DNA from: a plasmid
DNA: 64,000 nt
Direction: 5' to 3' (one strand)
Sequence record: NZ_CP039562.1
Notes under the pieces: model-generated
Databases searched by the model: none
What the model was told of the DNA's origin: nothing
The model's input: only the letters and a program-made list of their open reading frames with translations
Program-made: the position numbers and the translations under genes
Shown: piece by piece, positions 1-11,244 of the stretch
How the letters are laid out: each line of letters begins with the position of its first letter
How positions within the stretch are numbered: the stretch's first letter is position 1

Positions 1-1362
1 ATGACATTAGCAGCAATCACCATGACCGCCCCGGAAGCCGCCAGCCCTGTGCAGATGTACCGCGCGACCTACTCACCGGATGACAACAAACTGCGCCTGT
101 ATGCCGTGTCACGTCTTGACCCGGAGACGTATAAAAAAGTGCATGATGCCGGTTTCCGCTGGGCACCAAAACAGGCGCTGTTTGTCGCGCCAGCCTGGAC
201 ACCGGGCCGGGAAGACGTGCTCCTCTCACTTGCCGGAGAGATTGAGGATGAAGACAGCACGCTCGCTGAACGTCAGGAAGCAAGGGCGGAGCGGTTTACC
301 GGATACAGCGGAAAGCGGGCCAGTGAATCCGCACAGGCACTTGATGAAGTGGAAAGACTGGCCGCGATGATCCCGCCCGGTCAGCCCATTCTTGTGGGGC
401 ATCACAGCGAACGCCGCGCCCGTCGTGATGCGCAGCGTATTGAAAACGGCATGAAACGAGCCGTGATGCTCTTTGAACGTGCGGAATACTGGGAAGAGCG
501 GGCGCGGTCGGCACTGCTTCACGCGAAGTATAAAGAACGTCCGGACGTTCGCTGGCGTCGTATCAAAAAAATCGAAGCTGATTTGCGCAAGGCTGAAAAG
601 ACCATCGCGCAGTCGCAGAAATATCTGACGATGTGGCGGGCTGAATCGCTGGATCTGAATATGGCAAAACTCATCAGCAGTCATGACCATATCAGCGCCT
701 GTTTCCCGCTGGATACGTATCCGCGCCCGGCAGAAAAAAGCCAGTATGAAGGAAGTCGATCGTTATGGTCGGCCCTGGATGATGACATCATCACCACGGA
801 GCAGGCCCGCGAAATTGCGATCCGCTGTCATGAACGGCAGATTCAGCATCAACAACGCTGGGTTAACCACTATCAGAACCGCCTGATCTATGAGCGTGCC
901 ATGCTGGACGAAAGCGGCGGCGTGGTTACCCGGACACAGGATTTTGAGCCGGGCGGACAGGTTTTCAGCCGGGGCGAGTGGCTGACCATCATCCGTGTGA
1001 ACAAAAGCAACGGGGCGGTGAGTTCAGTCACAACGCCAAATTACAGTTTTCTCGGGTACAGCGGCACGATGAAAGTGACGCCCGATCGCATCACGGACTA
1101 CAAAGCACCATCGGCAGAAGAGGCTGCCGTCGCCAGTCAGGCCGCGAAGCGTCCGCCGGTAGTCAACTATCCGGGGGAAGGTTTCCGGGAAATGACAAAG
1201 GCACAGTGGGCCGCCCTGCCCCGGGACTGTAAGGCCGTGCGCAGTGTGGCAGAAGCAGAAGACCACGGGGCATACCGGTACCGCCGCACAATGGACAATA
1301 ATTTCCGCCTGGTGAATGTGTATATCACCGACATGAAAATCACGGAAATCCCACAGAAATAA
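1..1362 (+). CDS. Leading-region hypothetical protein, 453 aa in window; may be 5'-truncated by the window edge
   Basis: Long ORF with coding-like composition, upstream of and co-oriented with the leading-region genes. No recognisable motif. Confidence 0.45.
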   Translation: MTLAAITMTAPEAASPVQMYRATYSPDDNKLRLYAVSRLDPETYKKVHDAGFRWAPKQALFVAPAWTPGREDVLLSLAGEIEDEDSTLAERQEARAERFTGYSGKRASESAQALDEVERLAAMIPPGQPILVGHHSERRARRDAQRIENGMKRAVMLFERAEYWEERARSALLHAKYKERPDVRWRRIKKIEADLRKAEKTIAQSQKYLTMWRAESLDLNMAKLISSHDHISACFPLDTYPRPAEKSQYEGSRSLWSALDDDIITTEQAREIAIRCHERQIQHQQRWVNHYQNRLIYERAMLDESGGVVTRTQDFEPGGQVFSRGEWLTIIRVNKSNGAVSSVTTPNYSFLGYSGTMKVTPDRITDYKAPSAEEAAVASQAAKRPPVVNYPGEGFREMTKAQWAALPRDCKAVRSVAEAEDHGAYRYRRTMDNNFRLVNVYITDMKITEIPQK

Positions 1363-1409
1363 GGTATATCCCCCCGGGAAAATCCCCGGGGGATGACGGA
1401 GATAATGAT

Positions 1410-1973
1410 ATGCACAGTCAGTTAAGAGAACGTATCCGGCTGATGCGCGCAAGGCTGGATAACGCCGCGCCGGTTGCTGAAATCCGGGCTGAATCTCAGC
1501 TTTTTGTGACTCCTGCCCCGGTCTGTGATCGCCTGGTGATGCTGGCGGAGATCAGCAACCGTGATCACATTCTGGAACCCTCTGCCGGCACCGGGGCCAT
1601 ACTGCGGGCGATTCGGGATACCGCGCCGGGGGCCATGTGTGATGCGGTGGAAATCAACAGCGGGCTGGTCCGGTATCTGCGGGAAAATTTTAACGGTGTC
1701 AGGGTTCAGTGTGGCGACTTCATGGAATGGCAGCCAGTGCAGTATTACAGCCGGGTTATCATGAATCCGCCGTTCAGCCACGGGCAGGATATCCGGCATA
1801 TCCTGCGGGCCTTTTCCCTGTTGCGTCCGGGTGGCGTGCTGGTCGCCGTCTGTCTCAACGGACCACGCCAGCAGGAGAAGCTGTTACCGTTTTCTGACGT
1901 CCGCGAGGAGCTGCCGCGCGGCACGTTTGCTTATACCGATGTCCCGACGATGATTATTCGTCTGCGTGCCTGA
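1410..1973 (+). CDS. Orphan DNA methyltransferase (N6-adenine/N4-cytosine type) of the plasmid leading region
   Basis: 187-aa ORF with SAM-binding motif LEPSAGTGAIL and catalytic motif IV NPPF (VIMNPPFSHG). RBS GGGGGA lies upstream. No adjacent endonuclease. This is the typical position for the anti-restriction methylase of F-like leading regions. Confidence 0.7.
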   Translation: MHSQLRERIRLMRARLDNAAPVAEIRAESQLFVTPAPVCDRLVMLAEISNRDHILEPSAGTGAILRAIRDTAPGAMCDAVEINSGLVRYLRENFNGVRVQCGDFMEWQPVQYYSRVIMNPPFSHGQDIRHILRAFSLLRPGGVLVAVCLNGPRQQEKLLPFSDVREELPRGTFAYTDVPTMIIRLRA

Positions 1974-2154
1974 TGACACAGGGCCGGCGGGAGGATAAAT
2001 GCCTGTCTGCCCGCGCCGGGAAAAAACGCGCGCCGGTGGCGCTGAAAGGGGCCGCGCTCACGCGCCGCCCCTTTCATTACGCGGACGTTCTGATGGGGGC
2101 TTCTGTTTCTTCATGCCTGTCATTTGTCTGTTACTGATGATGTTGTTGTTCCTG

Positions 2155-2208
2155 CTACTGCTACTGCTACTGCTACTGCTACTGCTACTGCTACTGCTAC
2201 TGTTCTTC
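2155..2208. repeat. Hexanucleotide microsatellite (CTGCTA)n, ~9 units, preceded by (GTT)n
   Basis: Direct reading: ctgctactgctactgctactg... Its translation (ATATAT...) is spurious. Confidence 0.85.
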
Positions 2209-2846
2209 TTTTTCCTGCTGCTCTGATTCTGACTACTGCAGTGTTGTCCTGTCTGCCGGGCGCACCTTCGGCTCCCGGCTGCCTGGCGGCATCCGGTCGT
2301 CAGGCCCGACTCCGACAGGCAGCTGCTGGCGCACCTGCCAGTCTCCGCCGAACCCGCTGGCGCGGTTTCGGGCTGTCGCTACGGTCCGATGCGTGAAAAC
2401 CCCGGGCTTGCAGCGACCGTTCCGGTCGCGCCGCCTCTGTCGCGCCGTGGCCTGCGCTCCCGGCATCCCGGCAAAAGGCCGCCGGGATGTAAGGGGCAAC
2501 GCCGTTTCGCAAACCGCGCTTCACGTCGTTGCGGCGGGTCCCTGCCCGTTGTTCTGTCCGGTGCCATTCACCTGTTTAAGCCCCTGTCGCCGGGGGCAAA
2601 GACAGCCACAACCGTCTCCGCCAGTCCAGGGGTGAAATGTACATCCCGCAAAACTTTTTGCCCAGAAGCAGGCAAAAACTTTTGCGGTCTGCCCCCGGAC
2701 AGTCGTTTCCGTCCGTGGCAGTGATGCCCCTTGCGGCGAAGGTTCTCAAAAAGGTGATGGTGAATACCGGAGGGAACAAAAGGCAGGTCCCCGCAAAACG
2801 TCAAAACCGCGGCTCCCGAAACTCAAAAGATGATGGGGGCTGAAAA
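2205..2846 (+). promoter_or_regulatory. Frpo/ssi-like structured repeat copy A (single-strand promoter element) immediately upstream of ssb
   Basis: ~640 bp, ~97% identical to 7626-8271. GC-rich with long imperfect inverted repeats able to fold in ssDNA. Ends 20 bp before the ssb RBS. Position matches the known Frpo/ssi elements of F/ColIb leading regions. Confidence 0.6.
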
Positions 2847-2868
2847 CATCAACAGAAGGAGGCACATC

Positions 2869-3704
<836 letters not shown>

Positions 3705-3769
3705 GAGAGGTGCCGGACGGGGACACGTCCGGCAGACAATCATTATTACCGTTTTGGGAGGTACTAACT

Positions 3770-5728
3770 ATGTCAGTTACAGAGTCTAAGGCAAAAACGG
3801 AGCGTAAATCCAGCCGAAAACCTGCAAAAACGCAGGAAACAGTCCTGTCGGCCCTGCTGGCGCAGACGGAGGAAGTGAGTGTGCCGCTGGCCTCGCTGAT
3901 TAAGTCTCCGCTGAATGTGCGCACGGTGCCGTATTCTGCGGAGTCCGTCAGCGAACTGGCGGACTCCGTTAAAGGTGTCGGCCTGTTACAGAATCTGGTT
4001 GTTCATGCCCTGCCAGGTGACCGTTACGGTGTCGCCGCAGGTGGTCGCCGACTGGCAGCACTCAACATGCTGGCAGAGCGTGACATCATTCAGGTTGACT
4101 GGCCTGTCCGTGTGAAGGTCATTCCGCAGGAGCTGGCGACTGCCGCATCGATGACCGAGAACGGTCATCGTCGGGATATGCACCCTGCCGAACAGATTGC
4201 CGGATTCCGTGCAATGGCGCAGGAAGGCAAAACACCTGCACAAATCGGTGATTTGCTGGGTTATTCGCCCCGCCACGTTCAGCGAATGCTGAAACTGGCT
4301 GACCTTGCGCCTGTCATCCTCGATGCGCTGGCAGAAGACCGCATCACCACAGAGCACTGTCAGGCGCTGGCGCTGGAGAACGACACCGCGCGTCAGGTGC
4401 AGGTGTTTGAAGCTGCCTGTCAGTCGGGATGGGGCGGTAAACCGGAAGTACAGACCATTCGTCGTCTGGTGACCGAAAGTGAAGTGGCGGTGGCGGGGAA
4501 CACTAAATTCCGCTTCGTGGGGGCTGATGCCTTCTCGCCAGATGAACTGCGCACTGATTTGTTCAGCGACGATGAGGGTGGCTATGTGGACTGTGTTGCG
4601 CTCGATGCCGCCCTGCTGGAAAAACTCCAGGCTGTTGCAGAGTACCTTCGGGAAGCCGAGGGCTGGGGATGGTGTGCCGGACGCATGGAGGCCGTTGGTG
4701 AGTGCCGTGAAGATGCCCGGGCATACCGCAACCTGCCGCAGCCGGAAGCAGTGCTGACGGAGGCGGAAGAAGAACGCCTGAACGAACTGATGGCACGTTA
4801 CGACGCACTGGAAAACCAGTGTGAGGAATCCGACCTGCTGGAAGCAGAAATGAAGCTGATGCGCTGCATGGCGAAGGTCAGAGCGTGGACGCCGGAGATG
4901 CGTGCCGGAAGCGGTGTGGTGGTGTCCTGGCGTTATGGCAACGTGTGTGTCCAGCGTGGTGTGCAGTTGCGCAGTGAGGATGACGTGGCTGACGACGCTG
5001 ACCGCACGGAACAGATGCAGGAGAAAGCGTCAGTGGAGGAAATCAGTCTGCCACTGCTGACGAAAATGTCTTCCGAACGCACGCTGGCAGTCCAGGCGGC
5101 ACTCATGCAGCAACCGGACAAATCTCTGGCACTGCTGGCATGGACGCTCTGCCTGAATGTGTTTGGCAGCGGAGCGTACAGTAAACCAGCACAAATCAGC
5201 CTGGAATGTAAACATTATTCGCTGACCAGCGATGCGCCGTCAGGGAAGGAAGGTGCCGCATTCATGGCGCTGATGGCAGAAAAAGCCCGGCTTGCAGCCC
5301 TGCTGCCGGAGGGATGGACACGGGACATGACGACGTTCCTGTCACTCAGCCAGGAGGTGCTGTTATCCCTGCTCAGTTTCTGTACCGCGTGCAGTCTTAA
5401 CGGTGTCCAGACCCGCGAGTGTGGTCACACGTCACGCAGTCCGCTTGACTCGCTGGAAACCGCTATCGGATTCCACATGCGCGACTGGTGGCAGCCGACA
5501 AAAGCAAACTTCTTCGGACACCTGAAAAAGCCGCAGATTATCGCAGCCCTGAATGAGGCAGGACTGTCCGGTGCTGCACGGGATGCAGAGAAGATGAAGA
5601 AAGGTGATGCGGCTGAACATGCAGAGCACCATATGAAAGACAACCGCTGGGTGCCTGGCTGGATGTGTGCACCACATCCACAGACGGATACCACTGAACG
5701 CACCGATAACCTGGCTGATGCCGCCTGA
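3770..5728 (+). CDS. ParB-like nuclease-domain protein of the leading region (orf652/ydeA/yubM type)
   Basis: Starting at ATG 3770 (RBS gggagg) gives 652 aa. The N-terminal region (…LLQNLVVHALPGDRYGVAAGGRRLAALNML…) is a ParB/Srx fold. It sits in the conserved position between ssb and psiB. Confidence 0.75.
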   Translation: MSVTESKAKTERKSSRKPAKTQETVLSALLAQTEEVSVPLASLIKSPLNVRTVPYSAESVSELADSVKGVGLLQNLVVHALPGDRYGVAAGGRRLAALNMLAERDIIQVDWPVRVKVIPQELATAASMTENGHRRDMHPAEQIAGFRAMAQEGKTPAQIGDLLGYSPRHVQRMLKLADLAPVILDALAEDRITTEHCQALALENDTARQVQVFEAACQSGWGGKPEVQTIRRLVTESEVAVAGNTKFRFVGADAFSPDELRTDLFSDDEGGYVDCVALDAALLEKLQAVAEYLREAEGWGWCAGRMEAVGECREDARAYRNLPQPEAVLTEAEEERLNELMARYDALENQCEESDLLEAEMKLMRCMAKVRAWTPEMRAGSGVVVSWRYGNVCVQRGVQLRSEDDVADDADRTEQMQEKASVEEISLPLLTKMSSERTLAVQAALMQQPDKSLALLAWTLCLNVFGSGAYSKPAQISLECKHYSLTSDAPSGKEGAAFMALMAEKARLAALLPEGWTRDMTTFLSLSQEVLLSLLSFCTACSLNGVQTRECGHTSRSPLDSLETAIGFHMRDWWQPTKANFFGHLKKPQIIAALNEAGLSGAARDAEKMKKGDAAEHAEHHMKDNRWVPGWMCAPHPQTDTTERTDNLADAA

Positions 5729-5782
5729 TAAACAACCACACCGCCCCGCCGGAGACGGGGCGGCAGCAAGGGAGATACCGTG

Positions 5783-6217
5783 ATGAAAACTGAACTGACC
5801 CTGAATGTATTACAGACCATGAGCGCACAGGAATATGAAGATATCCGGGCAGCCGGAAGTGATGAACGTCGTGAGCTGACACACGCCGTGATGCGGGAAC
5901 TGGATGCGCCGGACAACTGGACGATGAACGGCGAGTACGGCAGCGAGTTTGGCGGATTTTTCCCCGTCCAGGTCCGTTTCACGCCTGCCCACGAACGTTT
6001 CCACCTGGCGTTATGTTCACCGGGCGATGTCTCTCAGGTCTGGGTTCTGGTTCTGGTGAATGCCGGTGGTGAGCCGTTTGCGGTGGTTCAGGTACAGCGG
6101 CGGTTTGCACCGGAAGCCGTCAGCCATTCACTGGCACTGGCGGCGTCACTGGACGCGCAGGGGTACAGCGTCAGTGACATCATCCATATCCTGATGGCGG
6201 AAGGAGGTCAGGCATGA
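5783..6217 (+). CDS. psiB: Plasmid SOS-inhibition protein B
   Basis: 144 aa, [40 protein letters not shown]... matches PsiB of F-like plasmids. Its stop overlaps the psiA start (ATGA). Confidence 0.9.
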
Positions 6218-6933
6218 GCGCACGTTCACAGGCACTGGTTCCTCTCAGCACAGAGCAACAGGCCGCATGGCGGGCGGTGGCGGAGACCGAAAAACGCCGC
6301 CATCAGGGTAACACGCTGGCTGAATATCCGTATGCGTGTGCGTTTTTCCGCTGTCTGAACGGAAGCCGCAGGATATCGCTGTCTGACCTGCGATTTTTCA
6401 TGCCGTCCCTGACCGCAGAAGAACTGCACGGCAACCGTCTTCAGTGGCTGTATGCCATCGATGTGCTGATTGAAACACAGGGCGAGGTCTGCCTCCTTCC
6501 CCTTCCCGGTGATGCAGCAGAGCGCTTGTTCCCGTCGGTGCGGTTTCGTGTCAGGGAACGCAGTCGCCATAAATCCGCGCTGGTCATGCAGAAGTACAGC
6601 CGCCAGCAGGCGAGGGAGGCAGAGCAGAAAGCCCGTGCGTACCAGGCGCTGGTCGCTCAGGCTGAAATCGAACTGGCATTCCATTCGCCGGAAACAGTCG
6701 GAAGCTGGCATGCACGCTGGAGTGACCGGGTGGCAGAGCATGACCTGGAAACCCTGTTCTGGCAGTGGGGCGAGCGTTTTCCGTCACTGGCCGGAATGGA
6801 ACGCTGGCAGTGGCAGGATATGCCATTCTGGCAGGTCATCGCAGAGGCTGGTATGGCGGCAAGGGTGGTCGGTCATGCTGTTCGTGAGATGGAGCGGTGG
6901 ATGGTGCCGAACAAACTCCGGGAGGCAGCGTGA
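6214..6933 (+). CDS. psiA: Plasmid SOS-inhibition protein A
   Basis: 239 aa, [22 protein letters not shown]..., translationally coupled to psiB, with the canonical length. Confidence 0.88.
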
Positions 6934-7124
6934 TGCGGCAACAATCACACGGATTTCCCGTGAACGGTCTGAATGAGCGGATTATTTTCAGGGAAAGTGA
7001 GTGTGGTCAGCGTGCAGGTATATGGGCTATGATGTGCCCGGCGCTTGAGGCTTTCTGCCTCATGACGTGAAGGTGGTTTGTTGCCGTGTTGTGTGGCAGA
7101 AAGAAGATAGCCCCGTAGTAAGTT

Positions 7125-7200
7125 AATTTTCATTAACCACCACGAGGCATCCCTATGTCTAGTCCACATCAGGATAGCCTCTTACCGCGCTTTGCGCAAG
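7125..7200 (-). ncRNA. sok: Sok antisense RNA (approximate), complementary to the mok/hok leader
   Basis: Inferred from the hok/mok architecture. Sok is encoded antisense across the mok start/RBS (7155). I could not map the ends from sequence alone. Confidence 0.35.
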
Positions 7201-7367
7201 GAGAAGAAGGCCATGAAACTACCACGAAGTTCCCTTGTCTGGTGTGTGTTGATCGTGTGTCTCACACTGTTGATATTCACTTATCTGACACGAAAATCGC
7301 TGTGCGAGATTCGTTACAGAGACGGACACAGGGAGGTGGCGGCTTTCATGGCTTACGAATCCGGTAA
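7155..7367 (+). CDS. mok: Mok (modulation of killing), overlapping reading frame that drives hok translation
   Basis: 70-aa ORF that starts upstream of hok in another frame and ends 4 nt before the hok stop, which is the canonical arrangement. Confidence 0.6.
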   Translation: MSSPHQDSLLPRFAQGEEGHETTTKFPCLVCVDRVSHTVDIHLSDTKIAVRDSLQRRTQGGGGFHGLRIR

Positions 7368-7371
7368 GTAG
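7213..7371 (+). CDS. hok: Hok/FlmA type I toxin (post-segregational killing)
   Basis: My translation: [52 protein letters not shown], 52 aa, one TM helix. It is followed by a terminator hairpin. Confidence 0.88.
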   Translation: MKLPRSSLVWCVLIVCLTLLIFTYLTRKSLCEIRYRDGHREVAAFMAYESGK

Positions 7372-7380
7372 CAACCTGGA

Positions 7381-7403
7381 GGCGGGCGCAGGCCCGCCTT
7401 TTC
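7381..7403 (+). terminator. Rho-independent terminator after hok
   Basis: ggcgggc-gca-gcccgcc followed by TTTT. Confidence 0.6.
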
Positions 7404-7625
7404 AGGACTGATGCTGGTCTGACTACTGAAGCGCCTTTATAAAGGGGCTGCTGGTTCGCCGGTAGCCCCTTTCTCCTTGCTGATGTTGTACGGGCATGAA
7501 CAACCTGACTTCAGGAAGGTCGTTTCCCTTCAGGAACGGGGATGAACGCGCGCCTGCGGCGCCCGTTCTTTTCCCCCGCCTTCTCTGGTTATGGCCTGTC
7601 AGAAATCACATCACCTTCCCTGTGA

Positions 7626-8271
7626 TTATTCTCTTTTTCTTCCTGCTCTGATTCTGACTACTGCAGTGTTGTCCTGTCTGCCGGGCGCACCTTCGGCTCC
7701 CGGCTGCCTGGCGGCATCCGGTCGTCAGGCCCGACTCCGACAGGCAGCTGCTGGCGCACCTGCCAGTCTCCGCCGAACCCGCTGGCGCGGTTTCGGGCTG
7801 TCGCTACGGTCCGATGCGTGAAAACCCCGGGCTTGCAGCGACCGTTCCGGTCGCGCCGCCTCTGTCGCGCCGTGGCCTGCGCTCCTTACATCCCGGCAAA
7901 AGGCCGCCGGGATGTAAGGCGCAACGCCGTTTCGCAAACCGCGCTTCACGTCGTTGCGGCGGGTCCCTGCCCGTTGTTGTGTCCGGTGCCATTCACCTGT
8001 TTAAGCCCCTGTCGCCGGGGGCATAGACAGCCACAACCGTCTCCGCCAGTCCAGGGGTGAAATGCACATCCCGCAAAACTTTTTGCCCAGAAGCAGGCAA
8101 AAACTTTTGCGGTCTGCCCCCGGACAGTCGTTTCCGGCCGTGGCAGTGATGCCCCATGCGGCGAAGGTTCTCAAACAGGTGATGGTGAATACCGGAGGGA
8201 ACAAAAGGCAGGTCCCCGCAAAACGTCAAAACCGCGGCTCCCGAAACTCAACAGATGATGGGGGCTGAAAA
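7626..8271 (+). promoter_or_regulatory. Frpo/ssi-like structured repeat copy B, immediately upstream of orf95
   Basis: ~97% identical to 2205-2846, with the same internal imperfect palindromes. Ends ~20 bp before the next gene's RBS. Confidence 0.6.
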
Positions 8272-8292
8272 CCAGAGAGAGGAGAAAGCAGG

Positions 8293-8580
8293 ATGAGTAC
8301 CCGAAATATCCACGTTAACACCGCGTCGTACACGCTTCTTGTTGCCGGGAAGAAAAAAAACACCGGGGAAGAGTGGGACGTCCTGGAATTCAGCAGCCTG
8401 ACTGAGCTGAAAAAATATCGCAAAAGCCACCCGGAAAAGATGGCCTTCAGTTATAGCTACGTGCTCAGTCAGGGTGTGGATAAGCAGTTCCGCCATATCA
8501 ACATTGCGGAAGCCGATCACTTCAAACAGTTCCTGCGTCAGATTAAGCGTGCCGGCCTCGATATCCGGGCGATCTGCTGA
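8293..8580 (+). CDS. Leading-region protein orf95-type (95 aa)
   Basis: RBS gagaggag lies upstream. Conserved position before orf273 and gene X in F-like plasmids. Confidence 0.55.
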   Translation: MSTRNIHVNTASYTLLVAGKKKNTGEEWDVLEFSSLTELKKYRKSHPEKMAFSYSYVLSQGVDKQFRHINIAEADHFKQFLRQIKRAGLDIRAIC

Positions 8581-8697
8581 CCGGATGTGATGAATATCCC
8601 TCCTGATTGTTGCAATCTTGTTAATGGAGATCGGGGGGATGATATTAAGCGGAAAAATTTTTTATTAAATTTATTCTTTCATAAAGGAGTAGCTGTT

Positions 8698-9519
8698 ATG
8701 CGATTAGCTTCCCGTTTTGGTCGGTATAATTCCATCCGCCGTGAACGTCCTTTAACGGATGATGAATTAATGCAGTTCGTGCCTTCGGTATTTTCCGGTG
8801 ATAAACATGAGTCCCGGAGTGAACGTTATACGTATATTCCAACAATCAATATCATCAATAAGTTACGTGATGAAGGTTTCCAGCCATTCTTTGCCTGTCA
8901 GAGTCGGGTTCGTGATTTGGGACGTCGCGAATACAGTAAACATATGTTACGTCTTCGCAGGGAAGGGCATATTAACGGACAGGAAGTTCCTGAAATTATC
9001 CTGCTTAATTCACATGATGGTTCATCCAGTTATCAGATGATCCCCGGAATTTTTCGTTTTGTCTGCACAAATGGCCTGGTGTGCGGAAATAATTTTGGCG
9101 AAATCCGCGTTCCACATAAAGGTGATATTGTCGGGCAGGTTATCGAGGGAGCGTATGAAGTGCTCGGTGTCTTTGATAAGGTCACTGATAATATGGAGGC
9201 GATGAAAGAAATTCATCTTAACAGTGACGAGCAACATTTATTTGGCAGAGCTGCACTGATGGTCAGGTATGAAGATGAAAATAAAACGCCAGTGACACCT
9301 GAACAGATAATTACTCCCCGTCGTCGGGAAGACAAACAGAACGATCTCTGGACAACCTGGCAGCGGGTTCAGGAGAATATGATAAAAGGTGGATTATCGG
9401 GGCGAAGTGCCTCCGGGAAAAATACCAGGACAAGAGCCATTACAGGTATTGATGGTGATATAAGAATCAACAAGGCGTTATGGGTGATTGCCGAACAGTT
9501 CAGAAAGTGGAAGTCATGA
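8698..9519 (+). CDS. orf273-type leading-region protein (DUF932-like), 273 aa from ATG 8698
   Basis: RBS aaaggag lies upstream. The exact 273-aa length matches the orf273 position of F-like leading regions. The track ORF 8587 is an upstream extension. Confidence 0.6.
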   Translation: MRLASRFGRYNSIRRERPLTDDELMQFVPSVFSGDKHESRSERYTYIPTINIINKLRDEGFQPFFACQSRVRDLGRREYSKHMLRLRREGHINGQEVPEIILLNSHDGSSSYQMIPGIFRFVCTNGLVCGNNFGEIRVPHKGDIVGQVIEGAYEVLGVFDKVTDNMEAMKEIHLNSDEQHLFGRAALMVRYEDENKTPVTPEQIITPRRREDKQNDLWTTWQRVQENMIKGGLSGRSASGKNTRTRAITGIDGDIRINKALWVIAEQFRKWKS

Positions 9520-9528
9520 TAATATAAG

Positions 9529-9557
9529 TAAAGCCCCGAAAAAATTTTCGGGGCTTT
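9529..9557. terminator. Bidirectional terminator hairpin
   Basis: aaagccccgaaaaaattttcggggcttt is a perfect stem with A-run and T-run flanks. Confidence 0.6.
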
Positions 9558-9815
9558 ACTTATATTATCATTTTTCGGCATTGCTGTGTCGTCTGATATA
9601 CCTCAATTTCATCGACCGGCTTTCCGGTTGTCTGTAAATATTGTGCCCGCGAAAAATGGTCTGGCAGGAGGCTGCGCAGTTACCGGGTATATATAAGATG
9701 GGTTCCCGCTTCGCGGGGCTTCGGCCAGTCAGTATTGTCACTCATATGATATTTTTGTGTGTGGCCTTCCATGCCGCTTTTGCGGCATAACCGGTATCTG
9801 ACAATGTCTGTAAGA

Positions 9816-10325
9816 TTAATTGTTCTGCACGCTGTTAATTTCCGGAAGTGATTTCTTCGTGGCCGGAACCCGGATACCTTTACTGCTTTTTATCCCGGTA
9901 TAAATCCGGTAAACCTCTGATGCGTAGGCAAGACGTCTCTGGTTCTGGCGTTCGGATTTCCTGAATCCTGCATTGTATGCACCAACGGCCTCCCAGGTGA
10001 CGCCCCATTTTTTAAATGCTATTGCCAGATAATAAGCACCGGTATAAATGTTCATGCAGGGATCTGTTGTCAGATGTTCTGGCTTAATTCCGTAGCGGGC
10101 CAGTTCGTTAAAATGCTGGGAATCTACCTGCATCAGTCCGCTGCCATATCCCGTTACCGGATTAATACCGATGGCATTAACCCGGTAACGGGATTCTTTC
10201 CATGATATTGCTCTCAGTAAATCAGGATCTATTTTGTAATCCCGGCCTGCAAGATCAAAGCAATCAGTGGCCTGGCAGATCTCATTTATAAACATCAGGC
10301 AGATGGCTAACATCCACTTTTTCAT
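9816..10325 (-). CDS. Gene X / orf169 lytic transglycosylase (Slt domain)
   Basis: 169 aa from [12 protein letters not shown] with a signal peptide, and ...[15 protein letters not shown]...GLMQV...YNAG, which is the SLT catalytic motif (ES...GLMQ...AYNAG). It lies next to oriT as in F. Confidence 0.88.
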   Translation of the reverse strand: MKKWMLAICLMFINEICQATDCFDLAGRDYKIDPDLLRAISWKESRYRVNAIGINPVTGYGSGLMQVDSQHFNELARYGIKPEHLTTDPCMNIYTGAYYLAIAFKKWGVTWEAVGAYNAGFRKSERQNQRRLAYASEVYRIYTGIKSSKGIRVPATKKSLPEINSVQNN

Positions 10326-10359
10326 TTTTCCACCTCTGGTGACTTTATCCGTAAATAAT

Positions 10360-10735
10360 TTAACCCACTCCACAAAAAGGCTCAACAGGTTGGTGGTTCT
10401 CACCACCAAAAGCACCACACCCCACGCAAAAACAAGTTTTTGCTGATTTGCTTTTTGAATCATTAGCTTATGTTTTAAATAATGTATTTTAATTTATTTT
10501 ACATTATTAAATAGGGTCGTTGACGACCCTATGGCGACCCTATGGCGACCCTTGTTAGGGTCAGTACTGACAAATTTTATGAAAAACATTTGGATATATT
10601 AGGGCCGCCCCTAGCAGCGCCGTGCGTTTTTTTATAGTATGACCCTAGGGGCGCTGCTAGGGGTGCTCTTCTTTTTTCAGACCAAACTATGAGTAAATGA
10701 AATAAAACTCTTATTTCAGAATATAAAAGGTACTG
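10360..10735. promoter_or_regulatory. oriT: oriT: origin of transfer with the F-type nic motif and relaxosome-protein binding repeats
   Basis: 10378-10430 (ctcaacaggttggtggttctcaccaccaaaagcaccacaccccacgcaaaaac) is the complement of the F nic region ...GCGTGGGGTGT|GGTGCTTTTGGTGGTGAG.... The nick on the minus strand is at ~10416/10417. Direct and inverted repeats (gaccctatggcgaccctatggcgaccc; tagggccgcccctagcagcgcc / ggcgctgctaggggtg) typical of TraM/TraY sites lie at 10510-10670. Confidence 0.85.
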
Positions 10736-10739
10736 TCTT

Positions 10740-11123
10740 ATGGCCAGAGTAAATCTGTATATCAGTAATGAGGTTCATGAAAAAATTAACATGATTGTTG
10801 AAAAGCGTCGTCAGGAGGGAGCAAGAGATAAAGATATAAGCCTTTCAGGAACTGCTTCAATGCTTCTTGAATTGGGGCTTCGCGTATATGATGCACAGAT
10901 GGAGCGTAAAGAGTCTGCGTTTAACCAGACAGAGTTTAATAAACTTCTTCTTGAATGTGTTGTAAAAACACAGTCAACGGTGGCAAAGATTTTAGGTATT
11001 GAGTCTCTCAGTCCTCATGTCTCCGGAAACCCGAAGTTTGAATATGCCAGTATGGTTGACGATATCAGAGAGAAAGTGTCTGTTGAGATGGACCGGTTTT
11101 TTCCAAAAAATGATGATGAATAA
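10740..11123 (+). CDS. traM: Relaxosome accessory protein TraM
   Basis: 127 aa, MARVNLYISNEVHEKINMIVEKRRQEGA...FFPKNDDE, near-identical in pattern to F TraM. Confidence 0.92.
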   Translation: MARVNLYISNEVHEKINMIVEKRRQEGARDKDISLSGTASMLLELGLRVYDAQMERKESAFNQTEFNKLLLECVVKTQSTVAKILGIESLSPHVSGNPKFEYASMVDDIREKVSVEMDRFFPKNDDE

Positions 11124-11244
11124 ATGAAAATGAAGTTTGAGTTGGTTCAAATATAAGAATTTTTATGATTCAAAAAGATGACAATACGTCAGATAATTAG
11201 TATATTAATTACGTGGTTAATGCCACGTTAAAAATTGAAACTGA

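Noticed and set aside
2124-2396. 90-aa ORF beginning MSVTDDVVVPATATATATATATATAT
   Set aside because: Translation of the (CTGCTA)n microsatellite and the GC-rich structured repeat, not a gene.
2233-2843. Cluster of overlapping 60-110 aa ORFs on both strands (duplicated again at 7591-8268)
   Set aside because: They lie within the Frpo/ssi-like GC-rich repeat, are Arg/Pro/Ala-rich, overlap in all frames and lack an RBS. They are artefacts of GC content.
10496-10560. Direct repeats gaccctatggcgaccctatggcgaccc looked like a possible iteron/CRISPR-like array
   Set aside because: Only 2-3 short units immediately beside the oriT nic, with matching inverted copies at 10590-10660. This fits TraM/TraY binding sites (sbm/sby), not iterons or CRISPR.
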